64,000 bases of DNA from Bispira polyomma (lineage: Eukaryota), in assembly GCA_965649765.1 (NCBI GenBank), contig OZ287751.1, forward strand, positions 43,834,001-43,898,000, in the 5' to 3' direction. Position 1 is the first letter of the stretch, and every line of letters begins with the position of its first letter. A program made the translations under genes and the position numbers. This document shows, one piece after another, positions 27,701 through 42,700 of this stretch. The notes beneath the pieces were generated by a model. It ran no database searches and was not told where the DNA came from. It worked only from the letters and a program-made list of their open reading frames with translations.

Positions 27701-30700
27701 TGCAAAACTTTGTAAAACATACTAGTTTAAGGTAACTTGGTCATATAACCACCTATAATTTGCGCTTCCTGTGTACACTAACAATGGTGACGTTTTCTCA
27801 CCTGGGAGCACCTATAATTTCCGGTACACAGTTGAAGATAAAACAACAAAATGGGGCTGTTTTTCGCAAGAAATTGTATGAATTTGTTGATTATTTTATA
27901 TCACAGATGAAATAGGTAATTTTTGTGTATTTTATGTCATTTTAAGGTGTTTTTACGGATTAAAACAAAAAAACGAGTTCGCGTAACGGCCCATTCTCGC
28001 AAACGCCCACCCCCAACTTCTTTGAATTTTCGTCGTTTTCGCCCCTGGGCGCTTCCGAGAGCGGAACCGGTAGTTGTCCCAGTTTTGTAACTGTATCTTG
28101 CTATATTTAACCCAGGAGAGGAGGAATGGGAGAAGGTCTATCCAGAGGAGGACAACAACTGGGTCAATGTCACTGACCTGGACAAGGGAGAACTCTATGA
28201 ACTGGTCATTGTAGCCGTAAATGGACATGGGGAAAACACTGAAGAAACAGAGTCAAAACCAGAAGAGTTCACCCCTGGAGGGCCGATTAAAGGTGAGGCT
28301 GTGAGAGAGTTAGGATAACCAATAGAGTAAAACATGGCCATAATGGTGTTTTACCAGTGGTTTAGTGTGGTCTATATTGGTGAATCTAGGAACAATTCTA
28401 GAATTCAGTGGACACTAAACCTCAAGGATAACACCAAACCCTAATTGCAGCGATAGTAGATATGGGGACCTATCCCTAATTCTATGAAATGTAACATGCC
28501 ATAATAGATTATCTTTATTTTAAAGACTACTTTCAATATGGCCGGACCCTGTCCAATGAATCCTAATGTTTGAATGTATTCCTCTAGAAGTGTAAAGAAG
28601 GATGATAATATACAAGTGATGCTGCTTTTCGCATTTCAAACCAAAAGTGAAGGAATATGTATTTCGGCTGGAGTACACTAAATGTGTAGTATTGACTGAG
28701 TGCATGTGATATATGTGTTTCATTAGTAATACACGTGTACCCAGTCAAAAACTTTAAGATACACTTCTGTATACATGTATATCTTTACTGAATTTGAAGA
28801 AATTTAGAGGTTCTTTTGAGTTCTAGTTTGGTTTTGTGGATTTATATCATTTGAAAGTTTCCAGGGCTTGTGGTTTAACATTTTATGTTTTGGAAATATA
28901 AAAAATAGTGCAGTAGAACCTCGGCTATCCAAAGTTCTATTATCCAGATATTCTATTTTACAAGCATCTTCACTCCCCCAATGTGACATTTTCTTACTGT
29001 TTGATGAACGGCTTATTATCTCAACAAAATCTTCCTGTCTCAACAGGTTCAGATAATGGACATTTGTTAATAAAAAATATATTTAATAGAGGTTCTACTG
29101 CAGTAAACAAAGACTGGGTTTAATATTAAGTATTAATGAAAAGGATAAATATGGTAGTATCATATATAGTTCTATAATATGGTAATGTCAGATTTTAAGA
29201 TACAGCCACTTAATGCTATTTTAAGTGAATGTAAAACCTTGCACTTAGCTCCACGTTAATTAACATCTTTTTGTGCAACATTAGTAATGTTTTTGACCGG
29301 TGAGCTATTTTGAAAATGTAAAATGCCTGATCTTCTGACTGTGTGGGTATTCTCCCTCATGTTATGAAGCTCAACTGAATGCATCATATTGAAATAAAAT
29401 ACAGAAAAATGTAAAGATGGTTCAATATATATGGGGTGGTGATATTATCATGCCGTTCAAGATGTTCTTTTGAAACCTAGAACATCATTTTTAGCTTCAG
29501 ATATGAGGGATATGCATTTTTTTAACCAAGTAATTTTGTTTTGCAACGTTGAAAATAACTTCTCCATCTCCATTTTTAAAACAGTTTAACTAATAATAAT
29601 AACTTTCACCATTACTATTTGTATTATAACTGGAATGCTAAAATTTTTAACTTTTGTATTTTTTTCTCAAAATAACATATTATTTCTACTTTAGTAAAAA
29701 AATGCAAGGTATAGAGTGTGTTCTAATACATGTAAATAGGTCATGCAAGGGAACGTTTATGAAGTGACACTAATGAAACGTTTTTTACTAAAGAGAATAG
29801 AATATAAGAGCATATAGATGAAATATTAAGTGAGTCATATTACAGTTCTCTGAGTATTGTCCAGACAAAATAGCCAGTGTCCATAACAGATAGCATTTGA
29901 CCATGGTAAAGAGCATTGGAGTTGTCATTTAGATTTTATATCTCAAAACTCATATTTGATGTATTGTGTACCCTAAACACTCTTGTAACTGAGGGGGCTT
30001 ATGTAGAAGAAGTAATGTATGGGCTGTTATGAGAGGTTGGTTGTAAATTTAAATTTGTAACAATATTTGTGAGTGTGTGGGTAAGAATTTTGACTTTGAA
30101 CCCTTGAAATTCTACATTTGTGGTTGACTATGGACTTCATCTGCATGTATTAAGATAAAATGTGATATTCTTAAAACAAATAGGTAGAAAATTAGTCTTC
30201 TACTAATGCATTGCATTGAAACTCTGATACTAGCCTTTTTCATTCTCAAAGTATAAAAGGCCAAGCTTTGGTAAATCCATATGAGAGTATGAGTGTTAGT
30301 TGAGAGTATGTGATGCTATTGGTTCTATGCATTGTGTGGTCTTGTATCCAGGTGGTCCCATGTCAACAGAAGGGCCAATCATTGGAGAGCGAGTAGGTGG
30401 GTGACACACAGAGCCCCTGCTAATGATATAAACACCTGCTGTATATATATATATATACAAATAACTTCTATTATACCCTCCTCTCTTACACAATACTCTA
30501 ACATCACCCTGGCTTGTAATAACATCATCCATGTTCACATAGTGTTCTCTTTGTTAATTAAAACACTGGAGTTGGGTGCTTTGGTTAGAGGTGATTTCCT
30601 GATCTTGCTTGATTGAAATTAACCATAAAATTAGCACGCCACACTGATGTCTGTGATTAGGTTTCACAAATTTTTTTTACAACATTTACGGATGTCCTGC

Positions 30701-33700
30701 CTTAGAATTCATTGGTATGAAGATCAAGTGTCATAATAGTGTAAATGAAAATCAAATAGAATTGTTAAAATTTGTCATCCATGTTACACAAGACTTCAAC
30801 CAAAGTTTTCTTTGTATTTTGAGGTAAAAACATTGTAAAGCATTCCTGTTGTTTAGAGATGAACTTGACTTTACAGCAACAAACCGGTTTTCTGATGATC
30901 CAGTAAACTAAAAATACCATCTTATTCTGCAGAGCTCTTTTTGAACATAAAAGGCATTGATTGTGCCGAACATTAACATCAATCAATGTCACATTAACTT
31001 GTTTGTTTGACAGTTGTTAATACCCTGTTGTGAATATATTTTACACCACTAAAAATGCTTTACAGTTATAAAAACCAAATGCTTCTATATACAACACATC
31101 CCTTGTTTTTGACTTTAAGCTTATTTTGCTACATGTTAAAGAATGCAGCTAGCCATGCAGTTAATTGTTATTACATTGTTAATCTGTGTAATCCATGATT
31201 TATGTACATATTCTAATAGGAGAAACGGGTGATGATTTAGGTGGTAAGTATGGCATCTGAAATTTGGAGACTGATACTGAATGATTCATACTGAGTACTT
31301 ACTTTGAGCTTTACTCATCACTTTCACTCGTTACTTTTAATACTAAATGATTCATACTAAGTACTTACTATGAGCTTTACTGCTCACTTTCACTCATTAC
31401 TTTTAATACTGAATGATTCATACTGGGTACTTACTGTGAGCTTTACTGCTCACTTTCACTTATTACTTTTAATACTGACTGATTCATACTGAGTACTTAC
31501 TTTGAGCTTTACTCATCACTTTCACTCATTACTTTTAATACTGAATGATTTATACTGAGTACTTACTATGAGCTTTACTTATCACTTTCACTCGTTACTT
31601 TTAATACTGAATGATTCATATTGAGTACTTATTGTGAGCTTTACTCATCACTTTCACTCATTACTTTTAATACTGAATGATTTATACTGAGTACTTACTA
31701 TGAGCTTTACTTATCACTTTCACTCATTACTTTTAATACTGAATGATTCATATTGAGTACTTATTGTGAGCTTTACTCATCACTTTCACTCATTACTTTT
31801 AATACTAAATGATTCATACTAAGTACTTACTATGAGCTTTACTGCTCACTTTCACTCATTACTTTTAATACTGAATGATTCATACTGAGTACTTACTTTG
31901 AGCTTTACTCATCACTTTCACTCATTACTTTTAATACTGAATGATTTATACTGAGTACTTACTATGAGCTTTACTTATCACTTTCACTCATTACTTTTAA
32001 TACTGAATGATTCATATTGAGTACTTATTGTGAGCTTTACTCATCACTTTCACTCATTACTTTTAATACTGAATGATTCATATTGAGTACTTATTGTGAG
32101 CTTTACTTATCACTTTCACTCATTACTTTTAATACTGAATGATTTATACTGAGTACTTACTATGAGCTTTACTTATCACTTTCACTCATTACTTTTATTA
32201 CTGAATGATTCATATTGAGTACTTACTTTGAGCTTTACTCATCACTTTCACTCATTACTTTTAATACTGAATGATTTATACTGAGTACTTATTGTGAGCT
32301 TTACTCATCACTTTCACTCATTACTTTTAATACTGAATGATTCATATTGAGTACTTATTGTGAGCTTTACTCATCACTTTCATTCATTACTTTTAATACT
32401 GAATGATTTATACTGAGTACTTACTATGAGCTTTACTTATCACTTTCACTCATTACTTTTAATACTGAATGATTCATATTGAGTACTTATTGTGAGCTTT
32501 ACTCATCACTTTCACTCATTACTTTTAATACTGAATGATTCATAATGAGTACTTATTGTGAGCTTTACTCATCACTTTCACTCATTACTTTTAATACTGA
32601 ATAATTTATACTGTATCTTGTCAGAGCTTTACTCCTCACCCTCACTCATTACTTTTATTATAATGTTTAAACTCGAGTATAAATTTAGATGCTTTATACA
32701 ACTAAAAGGATCATGAACAATTGAGTTTTGGCATACAATAAAAACCAATTAACAACAAAGTTTCACTTTCTCTCCCAATTACAGCAAAAACATCTTTATA
32801 ACAGAGCACTGATAATGCTTTGTTACCAATAGTATGTGATTATATGGCATATTGCTTAGGATATATCCTTGTGTCACATGTAAAGAAAGAAATGTAATGG
32901 TATGGCTTCTATTAAATTATAACTATAACTGGGTCAGTTACAGTTCTTTCGATAAATATCCCATTTTTGGCAAAAGTTTCCATTTTAGCTGTGACCAGCT
33001 AGGGATATATATATATATGAAATATAGCATGATGCTAAATCTACATGTACACATTCTCACTAGGTAAACACAGTTCCAACCAATTGCTTTGCAATGCTTA
33101 GCTAAATGACTACAATAGCCACAATGTCTCCATTAATAACCAGTTTTTGCCAGTTTCAGAGGTTTGTATTTCTCTAATACACATTTCTATCTATGTTTTA
33201 TATACATATTATACATTGTCTTTGTGTTCTTATCTCTCTCTCTCTCTCTGACACCTGTCACACCCAGTATATCAAGGTGAGACTGCATCCCATGACTTGC
33301 CTTCTGTGCTTCAGTCCGGCACTAGCTCCACTGCAAGCCATTTTACGTTTAGGCACTCACCTCCGCTCTCTTTTGTGCAGACTGTAAAGTTTACACAACC
33401 GCATGTTACAAAAGCTATTGCCATTGATGTCGGGAGTACATCGCAAGATTTACCGCCCAAAGCCAGCTTTGTCAGTGTCGCTAAATCAGCTGAAGTACAA
33501 ACAGAAACTTTTGAAAACCTCAAAAACCTATTAAGTTCCACTGTTGATTTAAAATATGAAGGTCTTCATAGTACTTTGGCAAGTACTAAGGAGATAAATG
33601 AGCTTACTGTTGGCAGCAGTGCTGGAAGGATTGACACCACAATCAGAGATATGAAAACTAGCTGGAAGAGGTGGGATTCTCAGGTGATCAGTAACAGCAA

Positions 33701-36700
33701 AGAGTTCAGCAAAAGTAGTGGCAAAACTGTTGAGATTAATACTTTGCAATTGAACAACACTACAGCTGTGAGTGAACAAGAGAAGATTAATAATACAGAG
33801 AATACAGCTATAACAAGAGATAGTAATTGGGGGAGCAAAGATTACTCCAGTAGTAGTAATAGACTGATTGATAATACAGAGAAAACAGCTATAACAAGAG
33901 ATAGTAATTGGGAGAACAAAGATTACTCCAGTACTAGTAATGGACTGATTGATAAAACAGACAATACAGCCATAACAAAATATAGTAATTGGGAGAGCAA
34001 AGATTACTCCAGTAGTAGTAATGGACTGATTGATAATACAGAGAAAACAGCTATAACAAGAGATAGTAATTGGGAGAACAAAGATTACTCCAGTACTAGT
34101 AATGGACTGATTGATAATACAGATAACACAGCCATAACAAAAGATAGTAATTGGGAGAGCAAAGATTACTCCAGTAGTAGTAATGGACTGATTGATAATA
34201 CAGATAACACAGCCATAACAAAATATAGTAATTGGGGGAGCAAAGATTACTTCATTTCTAGTAATGGACTGATTGAAAATACAGATAACACAGCCATAAC
34301 AAAAGATAGTAATTGGGAGAACAAAGAGTACTCCAGTACTAGTAATGGACTGATTGATAAAACAGACAATACAGCCATAACAAAAGATAGTAATTGGGAG
34401 AACAAAGATTACTCCAGTAGTAGTAATGGACTGATTGATAATACAGAGAAAACAGCTATAACAAGAGATAGTAATTGGGAGAACAAAGATTACTCCAGTA
34501 CTAGTAATGGACTGATTGATAAAACAGACAATACAGCCATAACAAAATATAGTAATTGGGAGAGCAAAGATTACTCCAGTAGTAGTAATGGACTGATTGA
34601 TAATACAGAGAAAACAGCTATAACAAGAGATAGTAATTGGGAGAACAAAGATTACTCCAGTACTAGTAATGGACTGATTGATAAAACAGACAATACAGCC
34701 ATAACAAAAGATAGTAATTGGGAGAACAAAGATTACTCCAGTAGTAGTAATGGACTGATTGATAAAACAGACAATACAGCCATAACAAAAGATAGAATTT
34801 GGGAGAACAAACAATACTCTAGTAGTAGTAATGGACTGATTGAAGATGCAGTTAAAACTAAGAAGAATACTTTTGAGACAGCTGATAGTATAGTCAAAAC
34901 TACTGAGACAGAATGGGGAGGGAAGAACTTTACTGTTAGTAATAAAGATCACAAGAGTAGAATTAATACTATGGAAACAATGGAGATGATAAATAACTCA
35001 ACTGGATCTAATCAAGATAGAGGGACAGATGATACACCTCAAACTATAGAAGGTATTCTGGGCTTCAAAGATTCAGCAGTTACCACCAGTGAAGGAGCAA
35101 TCGATGGTAAAACAAACACCATGTGGGAAAAGAATGAGTCCATCATAAGAAGCCGTAGTAAAGGGATTAATAGTACAGCCAAATATAACCAAAGAACTTT
35201 GGCAATGGATAAGTCTACTGCTCATAGTAATGACAGAGTAACCAGTCATATCGTGAGAACTATGAGAAGTGCTGTTACTACTAGTGAGACAAATAAAAGT
35301 TCAGCTAAAACTTTAGACAGTAGTACTTCCATTAATAACATGAGCATAAATTCTAATAGCAACAATGCCAGCACAACAACTTTAACTATGGAACCAATTA
35401 AGAGTAACCACTCATTAGCTACAGATATTAAAGGCACTAAAGACAGCACAGATGTTACTGATAAAAGTATATTTAGTATAAGAAAGCGTAATACAAAGTC
35501 TCAAATGTTTAATGCAGATGATACTACTACTGTTAACACTGGTATTATGACTAATGATAGGACTACTGACTCGAATACGGAAAGTTTAGCAATATACCAG
35601 ACTGGTTATAAAACAACTGATGATCTCACAACTGACGGGGAGTTTAGTGGTTTAGAAGTAACAGGCCATTCTAGTAATAGTAAATTTAACAGAATGACCG
35701 ACATAACTACTAATAGCCATGATGAATTACATGAAACTACTTACTCTGCACCAAAAAACAGTTTTAATTACAATACAGATATGCATGATGACAAAGTAAC
35801 TCTCTCCACCAGTGATGTAAAAGAAAGTTTTAACCCTGTGCTTCATTTAAGCACAAATGTGGACAATATGAAAGTGGAACAATCTGCAATGCCATCAGAT
35901 CACAGTAGCGGGGGTAATATAAGAACTGGTAGTACTAGTAAGAGTACCACTAAGGGTATGTGGTCTTATAATGATAGACTAGAAACATTGGCAGAAGGTG
36001 ACACTGTGAAAATAGACAGTGATAACACTGGTGTAACATCCACTTTAGAAACTTTGAATTCAGATGTCAGTACTGGTTTTTCGAAGATCCCAAACATTGC
36101 CACTATGGTAAGAGATACTGATGAGCTACACGTTTTTACAAGTGGAAATCTAAAGCCTACTCTGGAGTTTCTGACATTGGAGAATGATGATATTTTAGGT
36201 GAAAATATGCCGGGTGAATTATCCAGTGAAAGTACTGAGAAAACTACAAACTCAGAAGAAGACACATTTACTACCGAGATGGCTAGTAAGGGCAATAATT
36301 CCATAGTAAAAACAGTAGGGAATGTTAAGGTCATTACAAAAGATGCAACAGAACCTTCTATAATAATACCTAGTTCTTTACATGATGATCAGACTACAGA
36401 TATTACTAAGAAATTTGGTAGGTATGATTTTATGGTCAAAGATGACACTTCTACTGGTTCTGTGGATATGTCTGACAGTACTGAAGGTTTAAATAAAGAT
36501 ACAGATTTGGTTAGAAAAGTGGGTATTGTCAGTGCTAAAACTGATACGACTTCTGCCAGTATGGAAACAGTAAGAGGGAGCACTAAATCCATGCACAGAG
36601 GTAATTTGGATGGTCAAATGTATGGTATCAGTAATATTCCAAATAGGCAGATAAAAACAACAAATACTTACGCAGCAGATGCATTTCAAAGCAAACTCAG

Positions 36701-39700
36701 TGACTCTACTGACATCCCTAAATCAGATAGTGCTGCCTTATTGGCTGATGGAAATACTAGATTCCAAACTGGTGATACCACAAAAAGTTACTTATTTCAT
36801 AAAAGTACTGAAACCACTAAGGAGTTGAGTACAAGTGTGGACTCTGTTGTACCTAATGGTGATGCAGAGACAAGTACAATGTCTGCTAAAGTGTATTACA
36901 ACAATGTCAAATCAAGTGAAGGTACAGAACCAGTAGCAACAAGTGAAACTATAAATAGCTGGTCTGGTAAGAGTAGTAACAGTATCATAACATTGGGTGG
37001 AACCAGTAATTCCGTATCAGAAGATTACATTGTCACTACCAGTTTCATTGTAAGTACTGATGCCAAAGAACCACTTGACTCTGATGGAGAAGTTACTTAT
37101 AGTGGTGCTGTTATCCAACCTCGTAGTACACCAAGGTTTAGTAGAAATACAGAGGCTAAATTATCACATGCTACTCTTGAACCAGCCACTTCTACTAATA
37201 ATATCTTAATGGCACGGGCATCTCAGAGTACTGACCACTTTATGACCAATGAACATATCAATAGTGGAAGTATGACAAGTATTAGCAAAGGAAAGGATGA
37301 TGCTATACGTGGTACAATTACTGTGAGTATGATGTCAGTAGTCCCAGATGGTACTGACATTACAGTAAGTAGTGGTATCAATACAGTTGATACTAATATC
37401 AAGAGTACTGGTATAAGTACTACAAACACTAATATTAGCACTATGAACCTAGGTGATATTGATGTTACAGAAAGTGATGGTATCAATACAGTTAATACTG
37501 ATTTCAAAAGTACTGATATAAGTACTGGAAACAATGATATCAGCACTATTGTCCCAGGTAATATTGATGTTACAGGAAGTAGTATTATCAATATAGTTGA
37601 TACTGATATCAGGAGTACTGATATAAGTACTGGAGACACTGATATGACCACTATAGACCTAGGTGATATTGATGTTACAGAAAGTATTGGTATCAATACT
37701 GTTCGTAGTGATTTCAGGAGTGCTGGTATAAGTACTGAAAACACTGATATCACCACTAGGAACCTAGATGGTATTGATGGTTTGGAAAGTAGTGGTATCA
37801 ATACAGTTGATACTGATATCAGGAGTACTGTTAAAAGTACTGTAAACACTGCCATGGAAGCAAGTGATATTGATATCAGCACTATTGACGTAGGTAATGT
37901 TGAGGTTGGAAATACAGATACTATTATTACAGAAAGAGGTAATACTAAAATAGGTGTTATGACTATTGAAAGCACTGAGATGACTGCAGTGAAAGCTGTT
38001 GATACCACAGGGACTGTTGATATTGAAAGCCCTGAAACTGGTACTACAGAAACTGATAGTAGAAGTTTCGATGTCAGTACTACTAAAAGTGGCTATATTG
38101 ATGCTAGAGATACAATGGGTAGAAAAACAGAAAACATGGATATTAATCTTAAAAGTACTGAGGGTATAGAATCTGGTAGAGTTTTAACGAGAATAACAAC
38201 AGAACAAACTGCTGGTGTTGATATTGGAAGTACAAATATTAGAGACAGAGATGGCATCCATATAACAACAGCTTCTGGTATCACAAAAACTGGTAGTGGC
38301 TATGATCAAAGTACTTTCTTTAGTGATTCTACAGTAGCAGTGAAATCTGCAATTGCAGATAGTGTTAGTATTGATGGTTTAATTGGTGGGAGTGCTATTA
38401 TTAGCAAAAGTGGAACATCTACCTCCAGTGCAGGAAGTAACACAGAATATATACTGACTAACCATATTGGTGATATGGTTACTGAAGATAATCTAAATCC
38501 AACAGTAAATACTTACCACAGGGTAGGAGATAGTGCTGATCATACAAACAGTGAGGTCATAAATTATATGACTACTGGAGATACTGTGAGAATAAGCAAT
38601 GGTACTGAAATTACAGGTACATTTAATACAAGTACAAAAAAATCAGGTTCAAATATTAGAAATGATACTATTCTTCAGGATTTGATTCAAAGCGTAGATC
38701 TAATGAGTACCAGTGCATCTGTTGATACAATAGGTGACATGAGTGGCAGCTTTACAACTGGAAGAACTAATGAGTTATTGCGAAATATTGATGTCACAGT
38801 TGGAGAAGATTCTACAAAAGTAGACATTGATATCACTCGTGATAGAACATCTGGTCTAATTGACAAGTTACAAGAAAGTACTTATTCCATGACAGCAAGG
38901 TATAGAAGTAAAACAGACACTAAGATCACTGAAACCATGAGTCAGTTTGGTACAAGCACTATCTCTATGGTAACAAATAATGCTGCCAGTAGAGGCATGG
39001 ACACCAAAACTGACAGAACGGGTTGGACAGTAAATGATGCTACTAAATCTTTGGTAACAGGTGGTACTGTCAATACAGTTGGTGACATTCATCACAATAG
39101 TACAGATATTGAATACACTGAAAATGCTACTACTTGGTGGCTAGAAGACCTAGATTTCTCAGTAGCAGGTGATAACACTGATGTATATTCTGGTACATCT
39201 GCAGGTACAACCAGGGCATTAGATGTCACTAGTGGATCTAGAAAGTCAAGTGACGTGGGTGTCACAGACATTGTTTATAGAATCAGAAATACTACCAGGG
39301 AGAGTAGCGTAATTATTACAGATGATCTGGTCACAGACAGTACTGACACTGCACCTCAAAGTGAATATCAACTGCTAGTGAGTAGTACAGATGTCATGTT
39401 AAAAGGTCATAGATTTAGTACCAATACTGACAACGCTGAAGTAACATATAGTAGTGACTCCATGGTTCTAGATACCATGCCTGCATTTGATAGTGAAGTG
39501 ACAAGTGATAGCAGACTACCAAGTGGTAGTACAGAGAGTCTAGTAGCAGGTGATACTGTCAGTACAAATACTGTTAATACAAATAGTGCAAGAGTGTACA
39601 CTGATATATTAACAACGACAAGCCTGACTGATGATTACACAGTTACCAAATCTACAGAAGTAACAGTCACTGACAGAGTCACATCAGCAAGTTCTTTATT

Positions 39701-42700
39701 AGTACATGACACTGTAACTGTAAAAGATCTGGACATAAGCAATAGTGTAAGTGATGATTTAGGGAAATTGTCAACAAAGAACCATACAACAATACCTCAT
39801 GTTGTTTTAACAGTTTCTACTGAATCAGATAAATCAAAAGTGAGTAATAACAACTTAATTGATGCCACTGAAGACCCCCAAAATGTCACCTGGGTCCTGA
39901 TGTGTGAGAAACTGATGTCATTGAGAGCTCAATTGTTTGCACTAAGCAATAGAGTTTGTGGGCAGACTGGGGATGTATCTGATAGAAACTGTTCAGAGAC
40001 AACATCAGTAGATAGTGTCAATGTGAGTGCCTCAGAAAGCATCGTAAAACAAACAGGTTATGTGCTTCAGATTATACATACTGAACAACCCATGGCCACT
40101 GGTGAAATGACTGATGATACTACAATACATCATGGAATAGAAGATGATAGAAACCTAACAGCGGATGGGGTGTTTGAGGCTAGTACTGATATCATTTCTA
40201 ACTATGTCACTAGTGCTTTAGACACAAAAAGCGATATCGATATTTCTAGTCCTACATTTTCTGACAATTATATCAATGAAGCAACAGAAATCGAATACAG
40301 CACCCCAGTTTCTAGTCCTGAATTTGAAGATAGTTCTTTTACTGTAGAAACTGAAATCAGTCGAAGTACTACTGGTAAGTTAGATGAAACCCCAGTTGGT
40401 GTTTCTCTAGTTGAAAGGGGCGATACAGCCATTGCTGATTCTATTTTTAGAATTGGACCGCTTATTGTTACTACCACAGATCTTGGGGATACGACTGACA
40501 TTGCTACTTCTGAGGTAGGGGACAGCTTTGTGTCATTATCTAACAAAGATATATACAACACAATAACTGTCAACAGAGATACTAATCTCATTACTGCAAC
40601 ACCAGTGGTAAGAGACAAACCTAAAATAATTACTGCTGATGTAGGAGACAACTCAGTGACTATGACTTTAACCAACCCTAGCACAACAAAATATGAGGAC
40701 AGTCCTCTTAGTGAAACTCAAAATGTAGAGGAAGGACTAAGTACCATACATACCAACTTAAAAGTCAAGCACATGTCTACTGCTATAAATTTAAGCAATA
40801 TTACGGAGTCTTTTTCCCCCAGACTAGAAAACACGTACCAGACCACAAGCCCAAAGTTACAGAACAACACAATCAGTACTGACATAGCCTTAGAAAACAG
40901 TTCATTGGACAACTGGTTTGAATTAAACTCAACAACAATTTCTAAGGCACAAAATGATTCTGCCAATGTTACTTTGTATTTGAAAGACCATTATGTCACA
41001 AGTTCTTTGCTAGAAACCATCAGTGTCAAATCAGGAAACTATGATACTTCTACAGTTCCTCAGGAAGGACACTCGTACATCACAGCTTCTGAAAAGAAAA
41101 CAGTGGATGTCAAAAAAAGTTCAACAAATACGGAAATAAATGCTGGATCTCCTTACTCCAGTCCTGGAACAAGACAGCACACAGTTGTTGAGTCTAAAAT
41201 AGTGCATTATTTAACATCTGTTGGAGCTCAAGTAGAAAACGTCACCACTGAAAGTATAGACTCAGAAAATAAAACCATCAGTCCATTACATTGGGAGAAC
41301 AACATAACTACTATAAGTCCACAGTCAGGGGACAATATCACAGTGATAACCTTTCTTGTAGAACAAAACCTCACCACAATTATGACACAATTAGAAAATA
41401 GCTTTGCTGCTATTGCTGTAGAGTTGAAAGAAAGGTTTGCTGACATGTCATCTCAGTTAAATGATAATTTCACCACCATCACTTCAAACTTAAAGGATAA
41501 TTTCACAGCTATATCCTCACATTTAGAGGACAATCTAACACCTATCTCAGTGTATTTAGAGAAAAGCTTTTCCAATATAACATCACAGTTAGCGGATAAC
41601 TTTGCCACTATTATATCACAGGTACAGAAAACCTATGTCAATAATAATTTACAGCCAGAAGACATTTTTACCACTGTTTCATCAAACGTAGATGTCTTGG
41701 TTGTCATTAGTTCGTTTTTAGAAGACAACTTTGTTAATATCACATCTCAGTTGGAGAACAACTTCACAACAGTAATGTCACAACTAGGTACAAACCTTAC
41801 AGTGGTCAGATCTGAGTCATATGACAGCCAAGGAGTTACCGCATTAGTGGACACAGTTACAAACGCTATACCATCAAGTTCACAGGACATCTTTGTTGAT
41901 TCAGATTCAAACAATACCACTACATCCGCGGAGAATATAGTATCAAGTGGTGCATTGACCTTAGAGCAGACAAAGCCAAAGGCTAATGATTCTACCCTTG
42001 ATTATACATTATCAAGTATAATTCAAGAATCAGCTACTACCAATGATGGATCTACCGTTGAAATTGATTATATATCAAACAGGAAAAGCCCTAAACTACT
42101 AAACAACATCTTTACGCCAATTTATGACAAGTCAGAGTATAACTCTGCAGACCTTATGTCAACTTCACAAACATTTAGAAGTCATACTGCTGGCTCAAAT
42201 TCAGCAATACATATTAGCAAAAATGAAACACCGGAACCATTGTCATCTGTTACACCAGAGGCTCTTGGTAATAACAAATTTGAAAAGCAGACCACAAGTG
42301 CAATACCAGAAAGTGAAAGTACTGAGCACAATAAACTAAGAACTATTTCTTTGAGTAGTACATCACTGGGGAAAGAATATCCTATAAATAATATATCACT
42401 TGTGAGTAGTAAGACTGAGGACAAATTCAATGATTTTCAAACTGTATATACAAATTACTCTGATTACTCAGACAATACTGTTGCTGTAAGAGTCAACACG
42501 ACAGAAAGTTACAAGTCTAGTACATTTATTTCAACTGAATCCTCCAGCAAAAGTTTTTTGACACCAGATGCTGAAATATTCAGTCCAATGGATCAAAGGA
42601 ATATTTCTTTTGAAGGTGAAACATCTACCTTTCAGACAAACAGTAATAGAAACATTGCATCCAATATAACAACTAGTTACAATTCTACTAAAAGTTCAGA

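Noticed and set aside
27289-28075. piggyBac-like element (TTAA-CCCTT start, CpG-rich, similar fragments near 22008 and 56670)
   Set aside because: Probably a transposon remnant, but no matching right TIR or TSD was found, so it is not called.
33549-34952. 467-aa minus-strand ORF and other antisense ORFs within 33311-44993
   Set aside because: Antisense shadows of the 81-bp repeat and of Ser/Thr codon bias in the + strand giant ORF.
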